Assembly (NCBI GenBank): GCA_013265495.1
Contig: MU058228.1
Coordinates: 124,001 to 188,000, forward strand
Direction of reading: 5' to 3'
Origin: Vicugna vicugna
Lineage: Eukaryota
DNA: 64,000 bases
Shown one piece after another: positions 11,468-22,748 of this stretch. How positions within the stretch are numbered: the stretch's first letter is position 1; every line of letters begins with the position of its first letter. The translations under genes and the position numbers were made by a program. Under the pieces are notes generated by a model. It was not told the DNA's origin and made no database searches. It was given only the letters and a program-made list of their open reading frames with translations.

Positions 11468-12309
11468 CTGCAAAGGAGGAGAAGACTTTGAGGAGTGAGG
11501 TCCATGCAGGGGAGTCCCCGTGCAGGGCAGCAGAGGGCCAGGACGGGAGAGGCCACGGGGCCTTTTCCTCCTCAGCTCTCTCCAGCTGGCTGTCAGTCTC
11601 GAACCACTGGAGGCCCCCCTGAGGGAAAGGGCCCAGCTTCTGTCCTGGAGATGCTATCTCAGAGCCCGCTTTGTGCCTTCGCTACATCATTTCTTCTTCT
11701 TGGCATCTGAAAGGATAGCGTTTCTCAGCCTCCTTGTAGGCTTATTGGGCCCATGTGACTGGGTTCTGTTGAAAGGAAATGTGAGTGGAAGTGATGTCTT
11801 TACTTCAGTCTGAGCCCCTGGGAGCTGCTTAGGCCCACCTCTCTCCCCTCCTTTTAGGCGGTGACTCTGGAGGCCACGGGATAAAACGGAGAAGTCCCAG
11901 GATGCAAACAACCCGGACCCCTGAGTCACCCCATGGAGGAGAGGAAATTGTGTGGTCTGTATCCAACTTTATGTGAGCAAGAAATAAATATTTTCTGGGT
12001 TAAGCCACCAAAAACGTTGTCACTGGACAAGTGCACATAGTTAGAAAGTGTAGGAAGGGAAATTTACTAGAAAACTCAGGAAATGACCTAGAGTAGCTTG
12101 GCACAGGGTAAGACGAGGATGCCTCTCTGAATTGCCAGGGCTGTAACCTTGCATTTTGGTATGAGGGAGGGCTTAGGGGGGGCATTCCCACAATTAATTC
12201 CATAATTAATTCATGATATAACTCGCCTGGGTGTTCATAATATTGGAGCTCATATGGTAGATTCCTAGTTCAAGCACTGAAATTGTTTTTGCTAATTAGT
12301 TTCTGAACG

Positions 12310-12627
12310 TGATGACCATTTAACTCAGTAGACCCCAAGTAAAGCAGATTCCCCTCCAGAATGTGGGTGGGCCTCATCTAATCAGCTGAAGGCCACAGAG
12401 AAAAGACTGAGGTCCCCCAGAGAAGAAGGAATTCTTTCTCCAGACTGCCTGCAAATTCAAGACTGTAACATCAGCTCTTCTCTAGGTCTCCAGCCTGCTG
12501 ACCTATTGTGCAGATTTCTAATTTGCCAGCCCAGCCCCCACAATCATGTGAGCCAATTCCTTCAAGTAAATCCTTTTTCTCTAACATCCAGTTAGCTCTA
12601 TTTCAGTGGAGAACCTTGACTAATACA
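12310..12627 (+). mobile_element. MLT2 (ERVL) LTR fragment in AZGP1 intron 1
   Basis: 'aatgtgggtgggcctcatctaatcagctgaaggcc...ggagaaccttgactaataca' is followed by GATTTTG, resembling the start of ERVL internal sequence. Confidence 0.65.
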
Positions 12628-13335
12628 GATTTTGATATAGGATGTAACCGTCTAAACGTGATTAGTCATTATAGAACTAACATGAAACACATACTGTGAC
12701 AGTTTGTATGTGTAATAAACTTTAAACATGCCCAGTTTAACTTACATTTCTTCATCCTGAGACTCTGTATGCCAAAAGACAGCCTCGCTCCCCTGTCCTA
12801 GAATTGGCCCTTGGTCTTCCCAAGCTCCAGCTGGCTTCTTTCCCGAGCCACTCACTTGGCAAGCCCAGTGTAGTCATGTCTGACTGTGGAGTGAGGGAAT
12901 GTGTTTCCTTCTAGAACCACCTTTCCAGTTAACCTGCCTTCACAGCCATCCCTTGGGGTTGCTTTTTCTTTCTCTGAAAGTCAGACAGGTACATCCAGTG
13001 ACTAGAAGGTGGGAAGGGAGGAGAAGTTCTACCTGTGTGGCTCCTGCTCTGTCTTGGCTGTGTGACCCTGGGCAGGTCACTTCACCCCTCTGGGTCTTAG
13101 TTTTGTTTATCTGTAAATGAAGAGTTTCTGATTCTGATTCTTTAAGGTCTTATTTTGCCCGAGTCCAGAGGCTCTCTGAGTGCTTCTGGAAGTGTTAGTT
13201 GACAGCCTTGGACACCCATTCCCATTGTACACTTGGGAATCCCGGCTACATCGGGGCTCTTCTCCCGGCCTCGGTGTCCAGTTCATTGCCTCCCCTCCGT
13301 TCTTCTCCACACCCACCCCTTGCTTCCCCACTCAC

Positions 13336-13402
13336 CAGCCTGGGTCTCCTTGGGGACTGCAGCACCGAGAAGGAGCAGCAGGGACAGCAGGACGGGCGCC
13401 AT
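13336..13402 (-). CDS. AZGP1: Zinc-alpha-2-glycoprotein exon 1 (signal peptide), 67 nt
   Basis: ACAATGG Kozak context, then MAPVLLSLLLLLGAAVPKETQA plus G|gtgagt. The four exons sum to 930 nt (309 aa + stop) in frame. Confidence 0.93.
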
Positions 13403-14381
13403 TGTGCCCACTGCCCCGCTGCGAGGTTCTGGACCCCTCAGTCCCGGAGCTCAGAGCGGGCTACCTGGAGACAGAGCCAGGTGTAGTTACGGGAAGGGCT
13501 GGGCTTTCAGCCCAGTGCAGGGGAGGTGCGTCCACAGGCCAATGAGAGGCGCCAGGACCGGCTCCTCCCCTGACAGCGAGAGAGAAGGATGCGTAGGCCG
13601 GGCTGGGCAGAGGGTGTGCTCAGTGAGTCCACAGCTGAACTGGGCTTGGGTTCAGTGAAGCAGATGCTCCTTCTCTGAGTCACATGTCAGTGCAGGAAAG
13701 AGGCACGCACAGCAGACAATCCTTTCTTGTGGTCTTGGCGGCTCCTGGGGGCAGCGAGGCAGCAGTAGTCCCGGGGGCATCCAGTATCTGCTGGGTGGTG
13801 TCACCAGTCCAGGCTGCGGCATCTGGTTGCCCCGGTGGCGGCAGATGTGCTATAGGACTAGTCCTGTAGTCCAGTGTCTGGCAGAAAGAGGACAATCAAT
13901 GGACACTTAGAACAACAGATCAATGGATAAACGAGCAAAGTTGCAGAGAGATGGCATCAGACCTACTTGAGGGTCTTTGAGGCCAGCTTGGTGGAAACGG
14001 AGTTCAGGAAGAAGCCTGAGGGGTTGGGCAGCTGGGATGATAAATTCAAAAGAAAAGTTGAGGTCAGAGTCTGGGGGCCCAATCCAATGAGAGTCCAGTG
14101 TTCAAAGAATGAGACGCATTCCACGAGCCATCTTTTCCCTGCCAGCCCGCACTCTCTCCTGCCCCAGCCCTCTTGGTCAGCACTTAGCCTTCTATGCCCC
14201 CTACGTCTCTGCCCATTATTCTCAAGATCATTTCTATTTTTTTTAACTTAAAAATTTTATTTATTTATTTTCCTTCAAGAGAATTATTAATGCATAAAAT
14301 AAAACATGCAGGATGCAGAGGAAGCCCATCACATGGAAATGCAGTTCTCTCCGTGCACCCTGGGGGCTGACAGGCAGTCTG

Positions 14382-15050
14382 CAGAGGGGTCCCCCAGATA
14401 CAGAGCAACATGCTGTTCTGAAGCGGCTGGGGAATTGTCAAGAAGGAGATAATATGTGGCAACAAACCCCTACTGGGGTGGGGAGAATCTGTTGGTGGTT
14501 CTTGGCTGGGTGAGCAGGAGGGGACCATGGAGGGGACCACAGAGGGACCCACGTTGTTTCTCTGGACCCCTTCCTTCTCCCAGGTGTGACCAGTCAATGC
14601 CCACGGCCTGGCCCCACCCTCAGGTTGCTTCCCTTTTCAAGACCTTGTGACCTTCACACGTCAGCTGCCTCCCTCCTGAGTGGTCAGGAACGCTCTGTTT
14701 ACCTCTTCTTGGCAAGCTGTCTTAGGCGTCCTCTGAAATCTGAATCCCTCCAGGAAGTTCCTCTGGGAGTCTGAGTGGCTCTGAGCCCTGACCTTATCCC
14801 CACACCTGGCCAGGACTCAGGTCTTCTGATGTTTCCTCCCCCTCATCCACCCCCGCCCCATCTCTCCTGTTGCAGGGGGGGCGGATCTCCAAACTGCCTC
14901 AGCTCTGACCTGCTCACGTGGACTCTGGGTTTCCTCATTGATCTGAAAATTTTCTCCTGTCACATGCTTTTCTTTATCTGCTCAAAGGTCAGAAGTTTTG
15001 AAATATCACTGGCTGAGTTATTTCCTTCTGAGTTATTTGGTTCTTCTTCC
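14382..15050 (+). repeat. Duplicated non-coding block, copy B (paralogous to ~6118-6815), 1.0-1.6 kb upstream of the AZGP1 ATG
   Basis: See copy A. Includes a 93-bp run (14698-14790) identical to 6454-6546. Confidence 0.9.
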
Positions 15051-15454
15051 ATAACTAAATGTCAAAGACAGCATTTTCACATATTGCCCGCCGAGCTCAG
15101 TGTAGGAAAAATCACTATTGTGAGAGAGAATTATAGGATCGTGGGGCTTATCCAGGTCAGTTTCTCCCTGGGGAGCTTGGGACGAGGACAGAATTTGAAC
15201 TCGGGCCTCTTCCTTGAGTATTAGGAGTGGGCTGGGAATGCCCCTCCCTGTCTCCATCCTTGTCCTGAACCCAGAGCTTTTGAGAGTACTTTTAGTGGGT
15301 TAAGCAGGATTCTGAGAAGCACTATTCCACACCTCTAAGCCCTCCTCTTTCTCTTCCACTGGTTCATCTACCCATTTATGTCCCCCTCCTCAAGGTTCCT
15401 TGGCCCGTCCCTTGCTCATTGCTGGTGAGTAGAACAGAAGAAGCAGTGAACATT

Positions 15455-16990
15455 TAGTCCAGGTAGTAGGTGATCTCAGGGCACTCCTCCTCCAGGCAGG
15501 CCTCAGCCACTTCCATGAGATGCTCTCCGATTCCCACTTTTTTTTTAAATTACTTTTTTAAATGGGGGGGGGTAATTAGGTTTATTTGTTTATTTATGCC
15601 GATTCCCACTTTTGATTGGTGTCCGAGGCTGCAGAGCCAAGGGGACTCAGGCTGGGATTTCTTTGTTGAAAATGATGAATCTGTCCATTGTATGCATACT
15701 TCCAGAACTCTCAACCTAACATTCCCTGGAAGGTGTGAGACCCTGATGGGACAGCCTTCTGGACCCCAGTGTTCTGATGTCATTTCCTGCTTCATTCATG
15801 GCATCACTTCCATCTCTCTTAAAAATTTTAATGTTTCATTTTTATTATTTATTGTATCCCAGAAAGCTATAAAAGCAGCTGAGGCTTGGGTCAAATTTCT
15901 TGTTTTAAATAAACTTTCACACAGGTACCGCTAATTACACATGAACTATTTGCAGCTCTTCCCCCATACATCCTGGGCAAGTTCTAAATGCCCAGAAATG
16001 TCGTTGGCATGAAGGTCCGGGGTAAATCAAGAGATGCATCACCCTTGTCCTCATGAAGCTTACATAGGTTAGTTTTTAAAAACTGAATTCCCATAACAAC
16101 CACGAGAAGACTTATTAAGGCAATGCAACCCAGATGATTCAGTCACCAAGAAACAGCCAGTGACTGGTGGAGCTACCACGTGTAAACTCAGGTCTGACTG
16201 ACCCCAGGGTTGGCTCACTCTCCACCCAGTCTCCCTGGGCAGGGGTGAGTCTGTCATCTTCTAGAGCGGGGTCAGCCTCAGACAGGTGGGGGTGTGGAGC
16301 TGAGGGGTCAGATGTGCCTGGATTAGCGCTGACGCTGACATTGCTTCCCATGTGAGGCGAGGCCTGGGAGTGAGGATGGGGGAAGCAGGAAGGCAGATGT
16401 GATGTGGGATCTCGGGGTGGGGGCAGGGGATGCAGAAACGCCTGTGCATTTCCACTTGTATCTTTCAGGGGCTCTGATATTTCCTTCCTGCCAATTCCCC
16501 TTTTCATGCCTACTTGGGATTGACCCTTGAGCTTCTGAAAACAGCATATCCTTACCTCCCAACCACAGCCCTCAGCCCATAGCCCACTAGCCTTCTCTGT
16601 CCTGGGAATAGTCCATGATGTCTTTCAAGGTCACCATGAAGACGCCCTCTCTGGTCTTCTGAACTTGGCTCTCCTCCCATCCTCCATCTGCACCACTTGG
16701 CTCTAGGACCCCAGGGGCTTCCTGCCCTCAGTCATAGAGAAAGAAGGCTTGATCATGGGGGTGGGCAGTGCCTAAAACTTGGGAAACATTCCCTGGGGCC
16801 CAGAAAATCTGGTGTACAGGAAGTCACAGAGTAAGGACCTACAAAAGTGGAAAGACCTTTGAGGCGTGGGTCTACTGTGAGTCCCGCGGTGGGGCAGCAG
16901 AGGGTCAAGGAGGAAGACCTGGTTGTTGGGATCAGCAGTTACCCACAGCCTCTGGTCTCTAGACATTTATTGCTGTCAGCCTCCCAGCAC
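15455..16990 (-). pseudogene. AZGP1-like unprocessed pseudogene (exon 2 and 3 remnants with flanking intron sequence)
   Basis: The exon-2 remnant 16838-16592 (...[13 protein letters not shown]) has frameshifts, is 247 nt, and its donor is mutated to GCTAGT. The exon-3 remnant starts at 15742 (GSHTFQGM...FNKEIPA...EEECP), with deletions and a SINE-tail insertion. Intron homology: 16160-16460 vs 10820-11090 and 16840-16990 vs 11468-11610. No recognisable exon 1 or exon 4. Confidence 0.9.
15542..15598 (-). mobile_element. 5'-truncated SINE (3' tail only) inserted in pseudo-exon 3
   Basis: Flanked by the 15-bp direct repeat CCGATTCCCACTTTT (15527-15541 and 15599-15613). The insert 'ggtaattaggtttatttgtttattta' matches the SINE tails near 24665 and 60130. 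Confidence 0.85.
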
Positions 16991-18129
16991 TGCATGCTCA
17001 TGTGGGCGAGGACTCGCCTTTAGATTGTAGAAAGTTCAGGACAGAGAAATCTCTAGAAATTTAGGTAATAAACCAGACGGGGTAGAGCCAGGACGCTGCT
17101 TCTGTAGCACCAGTCCTTTGAGCTAAATTTGTGGCTCAGTAGCGTCCTTGCCATCCTTGTGGGAAATGAGTTTGCCGACTATTTGTAAATGTTACAGATT
17201 TTAAATCTGCACAATATTTAAACAATTATTAATTTAATATTTTTGTGTCCTCCAGATTTTCACGCGTTGGTGGGCCCAGGACTAGCTAATCTCCTTCTGC
17301 CCCGGCCGCTCGGCATCCCTGGCCCAGTGCTGTCCCATCCGATTCTCTTTCCCCCCCTGCCCTTGGATGACCCCTGCACCCGGGCACCCTGCTGCTCCAG
17401 GTCTTGGCACATTTTGTCCACATATGGCTGTGGGAGGAGGCTGGTCTCGTCGGGTGGGAAGAGGGGCGACAAAGAGGGCATTGTCTGGTGGAATAAAGAC
17501 GTGGGATGGAGTTCTCTTTATCCTTGGGGGCTTCTTTCCTGGCACCAACCCTTAGAAACGCATTGTGAAAGAGAAGTTTGTCTTGGTGCTTTAGGCTTCG
17601 GTCAGAAGCTTAGAAATCATCAGGCAGAAACTGCCCTGCCCCTGCCCTCCAGCATCAACCTTCACCTCCTCCCGATACCCACACTGACCCGGGCACTGTG
17701 GACATTTATAAATGGAGCCATTGAGGAATCAGGAGAAATCCATGCAACTCTGAAAAATGTGCCTGTTCCCCAAGTCCTATGTGTGTCCCCGCTTTCCACC
17801 CCCACTTCAGGCATCTGGACAAGGTCTCTGGTCCCTGTGGCTGGACCACCCGCAGAGCCCCGAATGGTGGGCTCACAGGTCTCTGTTCCCAAGGAGATGG
17901 TCACATGCCATCAGCAAAGATGTGCTGAAGGCACCTGACTCGGTGGCTCCTCCTTGAGAAGCATCTTAGCAGAGCGGGGAGAGGCTGACCCTGGAGTCAT
18001 CTTTGGTTCCCAGCCTGCGTCTTCGACTCGCTGCCTGAGTGACCTTCACAGGTGGGTCAACCTTTCTGAATCTCTGTTTCCTTACTCAGCATCTAGGATG
18101 GTGAGTAACCTGCTATTAGGTAGGTAAGT

Positions 18130-18700
18130 GTTTAGGACTTGATGAATTGACCCCTTTATCATAACGGAATGACCTCTTTATCCCTGGTAATATTTTTCTA
18201 TGAAACCTAATTTGATATGAATATAGCCACTCAGGCTTTCTTTTGATTAGTGTTAGCATAGTATATTTTCCCATCCTTTTACTTTTATGTGAATTTATAT
18301 TTAAAGTGAGTTATTTGTATATAGGTCTTCCATTTGTTTTTACTCATCTGTCTCTCTGTCTATACGTTGAAGAGGTCTGACCATTTACACCCAATGTGGT
18401 TATTTATATAAGTCTTCCATGTTGTTATTTGTTTGCTATTTGTCTCATCTGCTTTATTTATTCTCTTTTCCTCCTCTTCTGCTTTCCTTTGGATGAAATG
18501 ATCATATGCTTATAACTCTATTGTGTCTCCTTGGTTGCCTATTAGCTACAATCCTTTTTTGATTACTTTATACTGTACATCTTTATCTTATAACAGTTTA
18601 CCTTCTAGTGATGCCATACCATTCCACACACAGTACAAGAATCTTGCAAAATACACCCTTATCTCTCTCCTCCTGGCCTTTGTGTAATATGGGGTCACAG
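18130..18700 (-). mobile_element. Old L1 fragment (ORF2 5' region, antisense)
   Basis: Typical L1M antisense text: 'tgatgaattgacccctttatcat...atatagccactc..gctttcttttgattagtgtt.gcat.gtatatttt.ccatccttttacttt'. Confidence 0.6.
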
Positions 18701-18762
18701 CATACTCCACTCTGCCCTCGCCACAGTTGAAGGTCTTTTCTTTTAGAAGTTGGTCTCTAAAG

Positions 18763-20440
18763 TCTGGAAAAGGAGGGAACACTTCCAAACTCATTTTACA
18801 AGGCCAGAAATACCCTGATACCAAAGTCAGATAAGAGTACCACACACACACACAAACTATCAGCCACTTTCCTTGACGAATATAGATGCAAACATTCTCA
18901 ACAAAATACTAACATACTGAATTCAGTAGCACAAAAAGGATTATACAGCATCATCAAGTGAGATTTATTCCTGGGATTCAAGGAGAATTCAACATACACA
19001 AACCAGTAAATGTGATACACCACATTAACAGAACGAAAGAGAAAAATGTGATCATTTCAATAGATGCAGAAAAAGCATTTGACAAAATTCAACACCCTTT
19101 CATGATAAAAACTCTTAACAAACTGGATATGGAAGAAACATATCTCAACATAATAGCGGTCATATATGACCAACTCACAGCTAACATCACACTCAACAGT
19201 GAAAGGCTGAAAGCTTTCCTTCTAAGATCAGGAATAAGACAAGGGTGCCCACTCTCACCCCTGCTATTCACACAGTCCTGGATGTCACAGTCAGAGCAAT
19301 TAGGCTAGAAAAAGAAATAAAAGGTATCCAGATAAGACTGGAAGAAATAAAATTGTCTCTGGTGGCAGATGACATGACCTTATATATAGAAAATTCTCAA
19401 GACTATACCAAACAACTGTTTGAAGTAATCAACAAACTTAGTAAAGTTGTAGAACACAAAATGAACGTACCCAAATCACTTCTGTTCCTAGACACTAACA
19501 AGGAACTAGCTTGAAAAGATATAAAAGAATCCTATATACAATGACACCAAAAACAATAAAACAGAAATAAGTTTAAATAAGGAGGTCAAAGATGTGTACA
19601 CTTAAAACCATAAGACGTCGATGAAAGAAATTAAAGAAAACACAGATAAATGAAAAGGTATCTCATGTTCATAGATTGGAAGAGTTAATGTTAAAACCTG
19701 TAAATATCTAAAAATTCAGTGCAATCACTATCAAAATTCCAGTGGCATTCTGAAATTAGAAAAAAACAATCCTAAAATTTGTATGAAACCACAAAGACTC
19801 TGACTCAAAGACTCAAAGTAATTTTGAGAAAGAACAAAGTGTGGAGGCACCACACTTCCTGATTTCAAACTACATCGCTAAGATACAGTAATCAAAACTG
19901 TACAGTACAGGCATAAAAAAAGACCCATGGACCCGTGCAACAGAATTGAGAGCCCACAAATAGACCCATGCATATACGGCCAACTAACATTTGACAAGGG
20001 AGCCAAGGATACTCAGTGGGGAAGGACAGTCTCTTCAATAAACGGTGCTGGGAAAACTACATATTCACACACAAAAGTGTGAAACTTGACCCACATTTTA
20101 CACCACTCGCAAAAGTCAACTTGAAAAAGATTAAGAACCTAAATGTAGGACCTAACATTATAGAAATTCTCGAAGAAAATACAAGGGAGAAACATCTTGG
20201 ACATGGGTCTTGGCAATGACTTTATGGGTGTGACACCAAAAGCACAAGCAGCAAAATGTAAATAAACAGACGGGGCCACATCAGGCTCAAAAGCTGCTGC
20301 TCAGCAAAAAAAAAAAAGCCAACAAAATGAAAAGGCGAACTACGCAGTGGGAGAAAATACTTGCAAACCATTTATCTGATACAGAGTTACTATCTGAAAT
20401 ATATAAGGAACTCACACAACTCAATAGCAGAAACCCAAAC
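18763..20440 (+). mobile_element. L1 ORF2 fragment (reverse transcriptase region), degenerate
   Basis: ORF track shows ...[25 protein letters not shown]...[36 protein letters not shown]. Contains frameshifts and stops. Confidence 0.92.
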
Positions 20441-20776
20441 AATGTCTGTCCTACCAAAACAACAAAGTGTGTCTATCAGAAAAACGTATTTTATGGAGTT
20501 TTAGCTTTTACCTTTAAATAAAAGTTAATTATGCTTAGATCAATTAAACCCAGTTTGTCAGTCGTACCAGCGACATTTCAGATGCTCAAGAGACACGTGT
20601 GGTTTACGGTTACCACACTGCATGGTACAGATACAGAGCAAGATACAAAAATAATCTAGTGATCCTATTGGGTACATTGTACTCAGTAACCAAAGAAAAG
20701 CATTATTTTTGAGCATGTATGAAATATGCAAGAAAACCGAGCGCAGGTTAGGCCACAGAGTAAGTCTCCTGAAATT

Positions 20777-21052
20777 AAAGGGCGGCTGCTACGACACAGC
20801 TGATGTTCTTTCAGACCATGATGCAACTAGCACAAAGATGAGCAGAAAACTCCTATACATTTGGAAACTTAAAAACATACTTCAAAAAAAAAAAAAAAAA
20901 AAAACAAACTTCTGAAAGGGCGGCTGCTACGACACAGCTGATGTTCTTTCAGACCATGATGCAACTAGCACAAAGATGAGCAGAAAACTCCTATACATTT
21001 GGAAACTTAAAAACATACTTCAAAAAAAAAAAAAAAAGAAAACATACTTCTG
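20777..21052 (+). repeat. 138-bp tandem duplication (2 copies), each containing a poly(A) run
   Basis: 20777-20914 and 20915-21052 are identical except in and next to the A-run. Confidence 0.95.
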
Positions 21053-21544
21053 CACATTTCATGAGATCCAGAAGAAATAATGATGGACATTTTAAAATAT
21101 TTTAAGCTGAATGATAAAAACTCTACAGATCAAAAATACCACAGCAGGATAAGGAAGAATATTTTAAGACACAAAAAGTACACACTATAAAAGAAAAATG
21201 TTGAAAAATTTGACCATGTGAAGAATGTTTGTTATCAAAAATCTCCATAACAGAGTGAAAATTCAGCTCATTTACTGGGAGACGATATTTGCAAAATATA
21301 TAACTGATTGGAGGAAAACATATACATAATATAAAAGACTCCTACAAATCTTTAAGAAAAAGGAAAGGAATGAAAATCTGGGCAAAAGTCAAGAACAGGC
21401 ATTATATTCGATTCTTACTGCAGCTACAACAAATTGCCAAAGACTTACTGGCTGAAAACAACACAAATGTATTCTTCTTCAGTTCTGGAAGCCAGAAGTC
21501 AAAAATTCAAGTCTAAAGAGGATCACAAGAGTTTACCCATTCTC

Positions 21545-22746
21545 TAACACCATACAAAAATACACCCAAAATGGATTAAAGACCTAAATGTAAGGCTGGA
21601 AATCAGAAAACTCCTGAAAGAAAAACATTGACAGAACACTCTTTGACATAAATCACAGCAATATATTTTTGATCTGTCTCCTAAAGCAAAGGAAATAAAA
21701 GCAAAAATAAACTAATTGGACCTAATTAAACTTAAAAGCTTTTGCATAGCAAAGGAAACCATCAATAAAATGAAAAGACAACCTACTGAATGGGATGATA
21801 TATTTACAAATCATATGACTGATAAGGGGTTAATAGCCAACATATATAAACATATATAAACTGCTCATACAGCTCAACATCAAAAACCCAAAGAACCCAA
21901 TTAAAAAATGGGCAGAAGATCTGAACAGACATTTTCCCAAAGAAGACATATAGAAGCCGACAAGCACATGAAAAGATGCTCCACATCATTAATCACCAGA
22001 GAAATTCAAATCAAACCCACAATGAGATATCACCTCCTACCTGTCAGAACAGCTATCATCAAATAGACCACAAACAACCAATGTTGGCGAGGATGTGAAG
22101 GAAAGGGAACCCTCGTACACTGTTGGTGGGAATGTAAATTGGTGAAGCCACTGTGGAAAACAGTATGGAGATTCCTCAAAAAACTAAACATAGAACGATC
22201 ATATCACTTAGCAATTCAAATATTTGGGTATATATCCAAAAAAAAATGAAAACACTAATTTGAAAAGATACATGCATTCCAATATTCATAGTAGCATTAT
22301 TTACAAGTGCCAAGAAATGGAAGCAACGTAAGTGTCCAGTGACAGATGAATCGATAAAGATGTGGCATATACACATGCAATGGATTACTACTCAGCCATA
22401 AAAAAGAATAAAATCTGCCACCCGAAGCAACATGGATGTACTTGGAGGGTGTTATGCTAAGTGAAATAAGTCAGACAGAGAAAGACAAATACTGTAACAT
22501 CTAAAAAATAAAACAAACTAGCGAATGTAACAAAAAAGAAACGGACTTACAGATATAGAGAATAAACTAGTGGTTACCGGTGGGGAGAAGGAAGTGAGGA
22601 AGGACAAGATGGGGTAGATTAAGAGGTATGAACTACTATGTATAACATAAATAAATTACAAGGATATATTGCACAACACACAGAATATAGCCAATATTTT
22701 ATAACAACTATATGGAATATAACCTTTAAAATTGTGAATCACTATG
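21545..22746 (+). mobile_element. L1 3' portion (ORF2 C-terminus and 3' UTR), cut off before its poly(A)
   Basis: 'aaaatggattaaagacctaaatgtaag'...'atgctaagtgaaataagtcagacagagaaagacaaatactg'...'aattgtgaatcactatg', then an abrupt switch to unique sequence. Confidence 0.85.
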
Positions 22747-22748
22747 GA

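Noticed and set aside
17243..17938. 231-aa plus-strand ORF, or a possible pseudogene exon 1 region
   Set aside because: It has no domain similarity and a non-ATG start, and I found no convincing signal-peptide exon remnant on the minus strand.
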